Assembly: GCA_040285855.1 (NCBI GenBank)
Contig: JAUFOQ010000002.1
Coordinates: 2,976,001-3,040,000 of the forward strand
Direction of reading: 5' to 3'
Length of the DNA: 64,000 bases
Source of the DNA: Eukaryota sp. GEM-RC1
Lineage: Eukaryota
Part shown: positions 1 through 12,011 of the stretch, one piece after another
Layout: each line of letters starts with the position of its first letter
How positions within the stretch are numbered: position 1 is the stretch's first letter
Notes under the pieces: model-generated
What the model was told of the DNA's origin: nothing
The model's database searches: none
What the model saw: the letters and a program-made list of their open reading frames with translations, nothing else
Program-made: the position numbers and the translations under genes

Positions 1-46
1 TTTTATTTATTAGTATATCTATTAAGACCAGTATTAAAGAATGAGC

Positions 47-2042
47 TTACATATTATGATCATGGTAATAAGCAGCACTAATGTAGGTACCATTAATACG
101 TAATCCTCGTTCATTAATCCTTTCATAAGCATCTTTGAGCTTTCTGTCATTATTAGAAAACCAAACGGATGCACTTTTAAAGAAATTGACATCCCGCTCA
201 AATAATCTTGTTCGCCGTCCTTTATCGAGTGTGCCTTTAATTAGCTTCACAAACTGAGGAAACTCAGATAGAGACAATGATTGTGGTAAAAACCTGATAT
301 AAAGACAGTTGCAGTTACTTCGGGTAGGTAGAGAATCATCTGAAGGTCCATCCGCATCAGCAAAACGACATGAGATTACTTGATGAGAATCCGGCCATGA
401 AATATTGCTTCTATTGATCTCATCAACAGCTTTTCGAGCAAAAGCATTAGTGGAGAACTCGACAAAACCTGTTGAAGAAACATCGTTCTGGAAGACATTA
501 AAAGGCTTTTTTAGAACAATGGGGTTTAATAGGCCCAAATTTAGAGGCAAATAAAGCCAATTGGTGAGGGTCAATACCTGCAGGAATATCAGAAAACATC
601 ACATTTGTTAATGATCGGCGAGCAGCTGGAATTCCAGATGGAACTGTAACAGGGGACTTTATAGGTGGACGAGACGGAGGAAAAGTGGAGGTTGGAGTTG
701 AAATACCAGGGGGAGGTGTGATAGATTCTTGTTCATTGTGTACATTAAAACATGAAGTTGAGTTCACTTGCGAGCCTTTAGGGACGTAACTAGCGTCAGG
801 ATAGATATATAGAGAGGGAATGCTGTGGCTTCCAGTTGTTCCGATATCAAAGCAATCCTTGATGAAGAAAGCCACATTGATTATAAAGTCTGGAACATAT
901 TTGGAGAAGAATTCAAAGGGGGTTTGTCTCTGGAGAAGAGGTGTAAGTTGTGCATGAGAAGAGAAGTTCCTAATAGTGGTGAGCAGGCCGAAAATAGAGG
1001 TGACTGTATCATTATATTGTGTGGAGCCTATAGTTTTTTCAATTTCTGAAGCATATCGTTCAGGAATCTTTTTTAACCAATTGTCAGGAATATTGGTTCT
1101 GTAACAGTTTAACGCAGATATAAGAGGAAATTTGGTCTTAATCAAATCATGCATATGGCGGAGAATATCACCAACATAACAATGGTCAGCGTTTAAAGCA
1201 GTAGATGTTAGTTGGTTGTACTTACAAGCACTTAAGGTAAGAGGATGTCTTTGGAGATCTGATATATAAGGACGGTTGATGACGTGCTTCTGCAAGCATC
1301 CTTTGATAAAATTGGCTTCAACAGGAGTCAACTTGGTTAGATCAAGGGAAGGCTCGCTTGATATATGATAAATAGCTCGTTGTTGCTCCTTAGGGGTGTT
1401 TCCAAAGGGGTGGGTACCGGTAAGAATTTGATGAACGATGATTCCCAAAGAGAAAACGTCTGCCCGTTTACAGAGTCTGGATCCAGATTCAAAAACAGAC
1501 ACATCGGATTCGGGAACTTGATAGCCCAGAGTTCCAGCAGCATTATCAGTTTGAATGTGGGTCCGATCTGCGGGGATATAGTGACTAACTCCAAAGTCAG
1601 CAATTTTAATGGTAACAGATTGGTCCGCAGCAACATTTACCATGATATTAGCGGGTTTCAAATCAGCATGAATGACGTCTTTTGAATGGATATGAGCAAG
1701 GCCATCAATAAGTTGATGAATAACGGAGAGCTTAACACCACGATCAAATGTATATGTTCCTTTTGATACCGCTTCAAAGTACTGTGAAAGGTTCATATCA
1801 CACTTTTCTAGAACTAGGTACACAAAATTGAGATCAGATTCGTCGATATCCAGCATTTTGATGATATTGGGATGAGAATTATCCCCATAAGAACATCGGT
1901 GAAGAGAGGCGAACTCAGGAGACTCTAATTTGGCGTACTCTTTGAGAATGACATCGGTGAAGACTCCAGCTTGCTTGAACTTGCCTTCATACACATTGTT
2001 TTGTGAGCGTGAGATTAGTAGTCCTCTTTCGATCTTAGTCAT
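47..2042 (-). CDS. IRE1/RNase L-like kinase + KEN ribonuclease + RRM-like domains, paralog 1 (ORFs 498..2042 and 47..574 joined by a frameshift)
   Basis: Kinase motifs HPNII, LVLEKC, HADLKPANI, DFG, GTLGYQVPE, DVFSLG..GTHPFG. KEN-like WLKKI...SIFGLLTTIRNFSSH...FFSKYVP. RNP-like VMFSDIP, TGFVEF, LYIRFLP. Removing one G from the run near 522-525 gives PIKPIVLKKPF, matching paralog 2. Confidence 0.8.
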
Positions 2043-2890
2043 GGGAGAAGAATTATTTCAAATTTAAAATCCCCAACAACTCTTCACACAACTTGTATTA
2101 GACTTTCACCCCCAACCAGACCCTCTGATTAATTCTCAGACCGATCAACTCTTCTGATGTTTGTTTCTGTCTTTCTCTACATATAATCCTTTTCTCTATC
2201 ATTTAGGTAATCTCCCTTTCGAACAATATCATCTATTTCTCCGTAATTCTGTTTTGGAGACCTCGCTGTACTTCGATGTTCGTCTATCAGTTGTTCTCTC
2301 TATTCTCTCCACGTAACAGTTCATTTCCGTCCCTTCAGAAGTACTGCTTTGAATCATTCTCTGAGTCTCTGGACAGTTGCTGTCAGTCAATCTTGAATGG
2401 TTTTGATTGACATTTATCTATAGATGTGGTATCTCACTTCTAGAACTTTGGGATCCCGTTGCAGAAACAATGATCTTGTGCTTCCACTGCTTGCTATAGG
2501 ACCATAGTATGTCGTAATGATTAACAAATCTTGTTACCAACCGAAATGCAGGTCAACTACTGGTAATTACTCTGGATGTTTTGAAGATATTTATTGAAAG
2601 TCTATTTTCTGACCTTTTTTCATAAAAAATGTTCCTTTGACAGTTTCAATTTTTAATCCAACAATGTTTATATTGGTTCTTTATGGATTATTCGTTATGT
2701 TTGCCTTTAAGAAGCATTCCTAAGTATATGTACCTGTGTGGGGTTTTTTTTGTTATAAATCCTAATATATTATCTTTAAAGGCTGTGCTAGTGGCAGTCC
2801 TATTTTAGCGTTTAACGATGAGCAAGAAAATTTCAAATAATTACGAAGTAATGCAGTAATTGACGAAAGAAATTGGAACTGGATGTGATA

Positions 2891-3007
2891 CATATATTCT
2901 ACAACATGAAATACAATGCCACCCCAAAAACTACATCTGATACAGCGCCACCCCCCTAATTCTTGGGTTTTTTGGGCGGCGGTGTATTAGATGTTCTAGA
3001 GTACATG
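2891..3007. mobile_element. Small TA-flanked MITE
   Basis: Imperfect TIRs catatattctacaacat / atgttctagagtacatg with TA on both sides. The paralogous site near 43045-43055 is empty. Confidence 0.65.
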
Positions 3008-3565
3008 TACATGTCAAATTTAGTTGTTGTACTTAACTACCAATTTGATTTGACGAATTTGACCCTTCATTTTTTCTGAATTAGTAATTAATTGTTCATC
3101 AAATGTTACAAATAATCCTTTTATGTATATCAAAAATCTTGAGATACATGCAGGTATAATTGACCTCCATTTTTCAGGCAAAACGGCTGGTATGTATGTG
3201 ATGAAAAAACCCAATCGTGAGCACTTGATACGATCATGAGAGTATACTTCAATCAGTTTTCTGATGTACGACAATCCAAATTGGCCTAATTCCAGATACT
3301 CAGTCTAATAATCAACAAATTCATCATTAAAATACACAGCTGATAATGTTCTGGTAACACACAGTTATGTAACTGAACCACGATTGATTGAGAATCAAGA
3401 ATGATTTACCGATTGGCCACAGTGAGAAGACTTCAAAGTTGCTCGAAAGTTACTTCCCCCGTCGAAGTTACTATATTTAATTCTTAGTGTTCATTGAATT
3501 AGTTACAAAATTTGAAGAGTCGACTGGTTTGTTTAAATGACATCAATCAAAACGTCATCAAACCT

Positions 3566-4166
3566 CAGGCCATCTCATGATATAATTGAAAATAAATTGT
3601 ACCTCAAAAAGCGCCAAATAAAAATGTGAAATTAATTTGGGGGTATAGTACTGTATACGAGTCCTTGGCCCTAAATGTAATTAAATCAAAATAACACACA
3701 AATAAAATCAAAATATTTTTATAAATATCATACTAGTAGTGCAATTCATTGGACAGTGGCTGGTCTAAAAGTATCTGACCTTTTTCTTCATATGTTCGAT
3801 CCAATATTGTCATTTTATCGAGAGCCATGAAAATTTATCAGCGTTTTAATTGCTAAGAGTATATTTCCTGTACTCCTAAAGAATAGGTGGATTGGATGAG
3901 AAAGCGGCTTTTCGTTTCATAAATTTTTGGCAGTTTCATTGAAATGAGCACAGTGTACGGTTATGGTGACAGGACCTTACGAGATGCGTTCATTCGACAT
4001 AGATCTGAAAGAGAGTTTTGCACTTAGTATGAGTATACCGGACCGCAAGTGTATGAAAGAGATTATATATGTATTGATTTACATTTTGTCATATTTGCAT
4101 GATCGTAAAAAAGTGTCTAATTATATATAGATAAATAGAATTGATATCTATTTAGGAGGAGCCCTG
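3566..4166 (-). mobile_element. hAT-type MITE, family A
   Basis: Ends caggccatctcat / aggaggagccctg. Flanks tcaaacct / tcagacct (7 of 8 match). Termini are shared with 35108-35753 and 43597-44253. Confidence 0.75.
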
Positions 4167-4275
4167 TCAGACCTATCAGTAACCATCTATTATTACATCA
4201 CAAAACAAAGAAATCGCTCAATGAAATTAAATAAACATTATATTACAGAAAAATGAACATACCAATACATTATAC

Positions 4276-6348
4276 TTATAACTGGGAGTCATAAAAATAT
4301 GAAGCACTTACATAGGTCCCTTTGTAAGTTAAACCATCAACATTAATTCTCTCGTAAGCTTCGCGGAGCTTTCTTTCATTACCACCAAACCATACACTAC
4401 CAGTCTTATAAAAACTATTTACTGCAGTACCTCTGTCAAATAATCTTGTTGGTTGTCCCCTCTCAAAAGTCCCTTTAATCCGTTTAACAAAGTCACGGAA
4501 ATCAGATAATGAGATTGAATAAGGCAAAAACTTGATGTACAGAGAATTGCAGTTACTTTTACAAGGCAAAGAATCATAAAAATTATCATCGGAATCAGCA
4601 ATGCGACATGATATTACTTGATTGGATTCTGGCCAGGAAATATTGTTTTGATTGACCTGATCAACCGCTTTTCGAGCAAAAGCATGAGAAGCATATTGGA
4701 CAAAACCAGTTGACGAGCCATCAGTCTCCGGACGTACACTAAAGGGCTTTTTAACACGAAACGGTTTGATAGGACCAAATTTAGATGCAAATAAGGCAAA
4801 TTCATGACAGTCAATTCCATTAGGAAGATTGGAGAACTCAACCTTAGTTTTTGAGGGTTTTCCTAGTCTCTGTTTTGCAACAACACTAATGAAGGGCTGT
4901 ACTGGTGGTCTTCGGATGGTAGGGGTAGGTGTAGTAATACGAGGAGGAGGCGTGGTAGTGGGAGGTGTAGTAATACGAGGAGGAGGCGTGGTAGTGGGAG
5001 GTGTAGTAATACGAGGAGGAGGCGTGGCAGTGGGAGGTTGATGGGTTACACTGGATCTTGGAGTTGAGTTCACTTGCGAGGCTTTAGGGACGTAACTAGC
5101 GTCAGGATAGATATATAGAGAGGGAATGCCATGGCTTCCGGTTGTTCCGATATCAAAGCAATCCTTGATGAAGAAAGCCACATTGATTATAAAGTCTGGA
5201 ACATATTTGGAGAAGAATTCAAAGGGGGTTTGTCTCTGGAGAAGAGGTGTAAGTTGTGCATGGGAAGAGAAGTTCCTGATAGTGGTTAGCAGGCCAAATA
5301 TAGAGGTGACTGTGTAATTATAGTTTCGAGGGCTTATGGTTCTTTCAATTTCTAAAGCGTATCGTTCAGGAATCTTTTTTAACCAATTGTCAGGAATATT
5401 GGTTTTGTAACAGTTTAACGCAGATATGAGAGGAATTTTGGTCTTGATCAGATCATGCATATGCCGGAGAATGTCGCCAATGGAGCAATGGTCAGCGTTT
5501 AAAGCAGTAGATGTTAGTTGGTTGTACTTACAAGCACTTAAGGTAAGAGGATGTCTTTGGAGATCTGATATAAAAGGACGGTTGATGACGTGCTTCTGCA
5601 GACATCCTTTGATAAAATTGGCTTCAACAGGAGTCAACTTGGTTAGATCAAGGGAAGGCTCGCTTGATATATGATAAATAGCTCGTTGTTGCTCCTTAGG
5701 GGTGTTTCCAAAGGGATGGGTACCGGTAAGAATTTGATGAACGAGGATTCCCAAAGAGAAAACGTCTGCCCGTTTGCAGAGTCTGGATCCAGATTCAAAA
5801 ACAGACACATTGGATTCGGGAACTTGATAGCCCCAAGTTCCAGCAGCATTATCTGTTTTAATGTGAGTCCGATCAGCGGGGATATAGTGACTAACTCCAA
5901 AGTCAGCAATTTTAATGGTAACTGATTGGTCCGCAGCAACATTTACCATGATATTAGTGGGTTTCAAATCAGCATGAATGACGTCTTTGGAATGGATATG
6001 AGCAAGGCCATCAATAAGTTGATGAATAAGGGAGAGCTTAACAGCACGATCAAATGTATATGTTCCATTTGATACTGCTTCAAAGTACTGTGACAGGTTC
6101 ATGTCACACTTTTCTAGAACTAGGTACACAAAATTGACATCAGATTCGTCGATATCCAGCATTTTGATGATGTTGGGATGAGAATTATCCCCATAGGAAC
6201 ATCGGTGAAGAGAGGCGAACTCAGGAGACTCTAATTTGGCGTACTCTTTGAGAATGACATCGGTGAAGACTCCAGCTTGCTTGAACTTGCCTTCGTAGAC
6301 GTTGTTTTGTGATCGAGCAAGAAGCAATCCCCTTTCAATCTTTGACAT
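4276..6348 (-). CDS. IRE1/RNase L-like kinase + KEN ribonuclease + Pro/Thr linker + two RRM-like domains, paralog 2 (intact, 690 aa)
   Basis: Same kinase and KEN motifs (IRNFSSH). RNP-like VEFSNLP, TGFVQY, LYIKFLP. No signal peptide, TM helix or ankyrin repeats before the kinase. Confidence 0.85.
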   Translation of the reverse strand: MSKIERGLLLARSQNNVYEGKFKQAGVFTDVILKEYAKLESPEFASLHRCSYGDNSHPNIIKMLDIDESDVNFVYLVLEKCDMNLSQYFEAVSNGTYTFDRAVKLSLIHQLIDGLAHIHSKDVIHADLKPTNIMVNVAADQSVTIKIADFGVSHYIPADRTHIKTDNAAGTWGYQVPESNVSVFESGSRLCKRADVFSLGILVHQILTGTHPFGNTPKEQQRAIYHISSEPSLDLTKLTPVEANFIKGCLQKHVINRPFISDLQRHPLTLSACKYNQLTSTALNADHCSIGDILRHMHDLIKTKIPLISALNCYKTNIPDNWLKKIPERYALEIERTISPRNYNYTVTSIFGLLTTIRNFSSHAQLTPLLQRQTPFEFFSKYVPDFIINVAFFIKDCFDIGTTGSHGIPSLYIYPDASYVPKASQVNSTPRSSVTHQPPTATPPPRITTPPTTTPPPRITTPPTTTPPPRITTPTPTIRRPPVQPFISVVAKQRLGKPSKTKVEFSNLPNGIDCHEFALFASKFGPIKPFRVKKPFSVRPETDGSSTGFVQYASHAFARKAVDQVNQNNISWPESNQVISCRIADSDDNFYDSLPCKSNCNSLYIKFLPYSISLSDFRDFVKRIKGTFERGQPTRLFDRGTAVNSFYKTGSVWFGGNERKLREAYERINVDGLTYKGTYVSASYFYDSQL
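4928..5035 (-). repeat. 36-bp coding tandem repeat (ITTPPTTTPPPR), about 3 copies
   Basis: ggtgtagtaatacgaggaggaggcgtgg.agtggga is repeated. Paralog 1 has only one related unit. Confidence 0.9.
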
Positions 6349-7160
6349 TGGAGAAGAACTATTTCAAAATTAGATCTTCAGTTGATCAATTGTTATTAGT
6401 GTTATTATGTATATGTGCAAGTCTCAGAATAAGAGATTTAACTTATCAATTTGGCATAACCGTTTGATTTTTTCTTTGTTCCGTTCGGTGCCTAAGTTTT
6501 TAAATCAAATAAAAACTGTGGTACTGTTGACCAGGAATTTTCGGTGTCTAGTGTTTCATAGCTTTTACAATGATATGTATTTTTGTACCCTCCATCAATA
6601 AACTGTTTTTTTTATGTTTGTTTTTGCAATTTCAATTCATAGATGTACTAGTACCTTATTAAGTACCGAATTAAGTCTGATTGTTTGCAAATCGCAATTT
6701 ATGAATGATTATCTTCTTAAGAACTGTTGTCGTAATGTCAGTACCAATTTTGATATTCTACAAGAGAAGTTTTGTAAGCATAACTATGAAAGAGACACAA
6801 CCGCTGGCATTGCAACGCACAAGACTACAAAATTGAGGAATATCATCATTTAAAATCATGTTCCGCTGGAGAAGTTTCAGGTTCACAGTTAAGAACTACC
6901 AAACACATTCAGCGAAGACCAGTTAATTGTGCTGTAAAACAGTATCACTTTCAGTAATAGATTCAAGGACAACAAATGTGTTCTTGATTCTACTACTGAA
7001 AGTGTATTGAAAAATCCAAGTAAAGGACTGCACTATAAGTATCACACGGTTTGCATTGGTTTATTGTCTTGTTTGACAACTGAGAAAATGTCAGTGTCAT
7101 TCAAATATATTATTTATCGATTATCTGAACTACTTGAAGTATTCCCGAAGCAGTTCAAAC

Positions 7161-8118
7161 CATACCTAGGCAATACAGATACACTGTATCCTGTATTTGT
7201 ATCTGTATTCTGTATTTGTATCTGTATACTAACATTGATTTGTATCGTGTATTCTGTATTTTGTGTATTTTGTGTATTTTCTTCAAACCCTTCAATTGAA
7301 ACTGACAAAGAAGCTCCCACCAGTCTACTGCAATAATAAACAGCGTCTACAAATTTGCTTCAAGGTTGAAAAGAGATCAGATGTGTATTGAACTCAAAAC
7401 TGTTAGATGAGCACACACAATAGCATTTGTTTTTTTCCTTATTCCTCAATGTATGTTTGTTCTTTCCAATCATCTCTCTGATGTTAAAGCAACATCTCCT
7501 TTCAGTGTACTGAAGAATATCTTAAAGAAGGAGGGAAACCCTATTATAAAGGGAAAAGAAGTTTTTCGAATAACAGTCACACTGATGATTACTGAGTTTT
7601 GAAGTAATTTACATCCTTAGACTGGAACTGACGTAAAAATAGTTATTTATGTGATACCTTAGAGTAGAACGGGAACAAAATGATTTTTATATAAATACAA
7701 TATATGGACTTCATGGTTGTACCAACATACTAGTATGTTCAACTTATCGAGAGAAATAGAAATGCATTCTCATAATAATGGAAAGCACAATCCGCTTTTT
7801 CCAATCAGACTTTCGAAACTTAGACTTCTTTTCTTTACAAAGTTCTTCAAAATCCTTGTAAATTTGTTCACCAGCAAAACTAATCGATCAGGTTGGAAAA
7901 AGCGAAAGGTTGGAACAGAAATTTGGAATACATGTGATCCAATATATGTTGAACTGTGTTAAATACAAACATGTCTAACAACAATGAGCAGTACAATGCC
8001 ACGTCAACAGAAGAATCTTATGACCAAGGATGTCCTTGTATCTGTATCTGTACTTTTGTATCTGTATTCTGTATTTGTATCTGTACTTTGAAATGTTTTC
8101 GTGTATTTCCTAGGTATG
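7161..8118. mobile_element. Non-autonomous hAT element, family B
   Basis: TIRs catacctaggcaatac / gtatttcctaggtatg. Perfect 8-bp TSD gttcaaac (7153-7160, 8119-8126). tgtat subterminal repeats. Confidence 0.9.
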
Positions 8119-8485
8119 GTTCAAACAGTATATCAGTCTGTTTTTTCACATACTTTGAGTGTTTATCATCTCCTCAGTACCATCTTCAGCTGAGATTGCC
8201 AGGAACATCTATCTTATTTGATTGATCATTGTGACCTCAATTCTGATCACGGTCGAACAATTCTTTGACATAATAATCATGTTATTCAAGGTGTCTGGAC
8301 ATTATGTGTTCGATACATGTAACAGCTGTATTTGGTTAAAGAACAATCGATAAATTCTGTTTCTTGGACTTTACACCCTTTTGCAGAAAAAAGACATTCA
8401 AACCAAAATACAAAAATTTCAATCAATTTTGAATCAAAATGGTATATATATCAAACTTTTGATAAAGATGCCAGTCCCCTCGTTC

Positions 8486-8996
8486 TAGGATTGTAATTTT
8501 GAGTCAAGCTGACTCACTGAGCTTTGAGTCAGTCAGCTGGAGTCAGGCTCATTTGACTCATGAGTCGTGTCAAGCCTATGTTTTTGTCTGTGAGACTCAC
8601 AGTGAGAGTCAGCTCTACTCAAGTTTACACTAATAAATATAATTTAATACAATTTAAACGTATTCTATTACAATCACGTGGACATGGAATTAGTAGCTGT
8701 TCTCTGTACAAATTCATTTGCATGGTAATGTGCGGGATGAGCTGATAGCTTACTTATCAACAGGCATAGTTGATGCTGTGATGGATCCCCTAGATTGGTG
8801 GAAACGCTGCCAGTCAGATTATCCTAGCTTAGCTTGCTTAGCTCGCGAATACTTAAGCATTCAGCCAAGTTCAGCAACAATTGAACGTTTGTTCTCTGCT
8901 GCAAACCAAATTGTAACAAAGAAAAGGGCTAGGCTATCTGCAATACTGCAAGGTGTTTATTGTGTTTACGCTCGTGGTACGGAACAATATGTATGA
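8486..8996 (+). mobile_element. hAT transposon remnant with C-terminal dimerisation domain
   Basis: DPLDWWK...YPSLACLAREYLSIQPSSATIERLFS...KKRARLS at 8718-8996. Upstream gagtca/tgactc subterminal repeats. Confidence 0.85.
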
Positions 8997-9210
8997 AAAG
9001 ATGATATGAGAATTCTGACAATAACACAAAAAAGTTGTGTATACAAAATATACAAATTTTTTCGTAGAGAAATGGACTTTTCTTGACTTTTCTTGCCAGA
9101 CGACTCCTCGATTACGTTGACAGAAACACTAGCGATGTAGCTTCATCCTCTTGAAATATGGAGACAACACAATTAAGGAAAAGAAGTGAATTCCCCCTTC
9201 AAAATTCAAA

Positions 9211-11536
9211 ATGAGGGATGCCCTCTCCATCATCAACAGAATCCAACATGACCCTTCTTTCAATCCTGACGAGTTCCTTATAGGCTTTGAAGACAGATTT
9301 ACTGGCACTCAGTTCGTCAACTTTACTTCTTTCATCAAACTCAACATGCCTTCCCACAGAGTACGCTATATCATGCAAAACAACGTTGTATTATGGTCTC
9401 GACTTAAGAAAATAGACATCCTGGGCCAACAACCCTCTTCTCTCAACCAGTTCTCTGCCATTAACTCCTTTACTGCTGGCTCTTTGACTAGGATCTTCAA
9501 ACCAACTAGCCATTCCCGTCAAAACTTCTCTGTCGTCCTTCCTAATTTTGACACCACATCTTCCTCCATCACTATTATTCGTGCTTCCGTCGGACTCTCG
9601 CACACCCTCGTGTTGACGAAGCAATCTGACTGCTATTCATTCGGTCTCAATCAGTTCCATCAAGTTTCTCCTTCCTCTTTCCAATCACACTCTTTTAAAC
9701 AACAACCTGTACATTTCATCTCTTCCAAAGTTCTCTCTGTTTCAGCAGGATCTCACTACTCAATGCTAGTTACAAGTGATCATAATGTTTATGGATTTGG
9801 TCGTAATGATTATGGGCAAATAGGCATTCTTGAAAAGTCAATGCTGACGTCAGTTGATGAGCTCTTGTTTGAATCAGTTGGTCCTCTGGGTCCAGTAGTC
9901 GTCAGAAATTTAACAATCGTTGAATATTTCAATTCTAAGAATATTTTAAAAATTGCTTGTGGTGAGACTCATTCCCTTGCCCTTTCTATATTTGGTTCCG
10001 TATACACATTTGGAAACAATTACCACCACGCATGTGGCCATCATGATCCCAATTCAATCACGCCACGTGAACTTTCCCTTCCTGAACCAGCAATCGACAT
10101 TTCAGTTGGCCGATATCATTCACTAATTCTTCTGTCTTCGGGTTCTGTTCTTTCTTTTGGTTCTAATGCTAGTAATCAACTAGGTAGAAGTCATCTATTA
10201 AATGATTATCGACCTTTACCAATCGACGGTTTGATTGACCCCTTCAAGATAGCACACGTGATGCTCGAGTTGCAGTACAAATTGCTGCTGGTAGTGAGCA
10301 TTCGGTTGTGCTATTGCAAGGTAACGATGTGTTAGTGTTTGGGAAAAGTAGCAGTGGTGGGTGTGGTGTGGTGGCAAAACGAGTGGCACCAGTTATTCTA
10401 TCTTGTTTGTCAAATTTAAATATTTGTAAAATATTTGCGGGAATCGGAGGTGCCACTGCGGCTGTTGATACAAATGGTTTGGCCTATGTAATTGGTGGAG
10501 AGTTTGGACCTAAATTACGTAGTTATAATGACGATTTTTATGTTTCAGTGGCACTTTCCCTTTCTGTGTCATACTTGATCTCTTCTTCTTTTGTTGACCT
10601 TACTGATTGCAATCTAGGGTTGTCAATGATTGAAGATGATCGAAAGACGCTGATCAAAGATTTGAGTGACACTGACATGACCTGCAGAGGCAAAATTTTA
10701 AATTTTTATTGTGCATGTGATAATCAGTTTGTTGACCGTGTTGATTTTGTGTTGTTTTTAAATTGCTTTCCCGATTTGGTTACAGAAATCAAATTAATGA
10801 TTAAAGGAAAACGGTCTGAAAACAATCATATTTCAAAAATTGAAAAAAAGTCGAGTGAAATCGATATTTACTGGAATTTTAAATCTTGTCAAATATTTGA
10901 TTTAATTCAGTTCTTATATGGTCATGAAGTTCAACCACCGTTGCCTTCTCTCAATTCTCCACTACTTTTCACAGCAATCTCTCCTAGTTTTGATGGCTCT
11001 CAATTTTCTACTCCAGATGCATGGGATATCAACATGCTGATTCATCGTGACGTCAGCATTAGAGCTCATCGTGTGATTTTGTCTATTTTTTCATCATTTT
11101 TTCGAGCCATGTTCACGTCATCAATGGCTGATTCAAAAGAAAGTCAATCAAATTAGAGTTTTGTGATGCTGTATCGATGTCGTTGATTTTGGATATTGTC
11201 TATAACAACTCAATCACTCCTACGTGTGAGCTGAATTGTGATGATGTTCAATCAGCAATCATTTTGGCTGATCATTTGGGATTCACTTCAATTCTACCAA
11301 TATTATATAAATATTTGATGAATTTTGTCGATGTTTCTGGGTTGGTGTCGTCAATTATTTTGGCGGAAAAGCTAGGACTTTCAGAATTGATTGATCATTG
11401 TCTTTGTGGACTGATGACGTGTTGGTCTTTGATTGACAAGAAGTCGTTATTGAGTTTACCTTCTAAAACATGGAGTCGAATTCAATGTCGATTAATCCAA
11501 GAAGGATTTCCAATCACTTTGATTGATTTTGATTGA
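9211..11536 (+). CDS. MJ1316-like domain + RCC1 repeats + BTB domain protein (three ORFs joined by frameshifts)
   Basis: N-terminal IINRIQHDP..IGFEDRFTG..PSHRVRYI..VLWSR..KID. RCC1 repeats SAGSHYS, GRNDYGQIG, IACGETHSLAL, GSNASNQLG. BTB IRAHRVILSIFSSFFRAMF. Confidence 0.75.
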
Positions 11537-12011
11537 TGAACTCCATTCCATTCTTCATAACATCTCGTGATTCTGTGGATTATTTTGTGAGTTTCTCAAT
11601 GCCCATGTTGAATCTTTGAAGCCGCATAGAATTATGAACATTTCATTAATCAGTTGATTTGATCACCAGTGTTATCAACGTGTGATTTTGTAGTCAATCA
11701 ACATCCTTTCTATTTTTTTTTGATGACGTGATAGAGTGAGAGGTTTATATCGGAATCACAACTCTTGATAGTCGAACTCTTCTCAAATACAATATGTTCT
11801 TCAAATGTTCTGTTCTTACTAATAACTTTGTTTTAAAAGAAAGAAGATGCTGAAATACATTGTCAAATCATTGATAGTCCAAGATTAAGGGTGTTCCTCG
11901 TTACTTAAAGAGGAAGAAAGAAGAAATTGAATAGTAAATAAGCAGGCTAAACAACTAATTTGATTGCAACTTAATTTTGATTGCAATACAATAGTATATA
12001 CATTTATAACA

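Noticed and set aside
3020..3274. ORF duplicated at 42783..43040 as a conserved small gene
   Set aside because: It lies in a duplicated block, the starts differ and no motif is recognisable. The similarity is explained by the duplication.
6600..7150. Possible decayed MULE transposase (CVLDST)
   Set aside because: A single short motif among multiple stops.
7007..8225. Cys/Val/Ile-rich ORFs 7007..7336, 7114..7320 and 7956..8225
   Set aside because: They are translations of hAT subterminal tgtat repeats.
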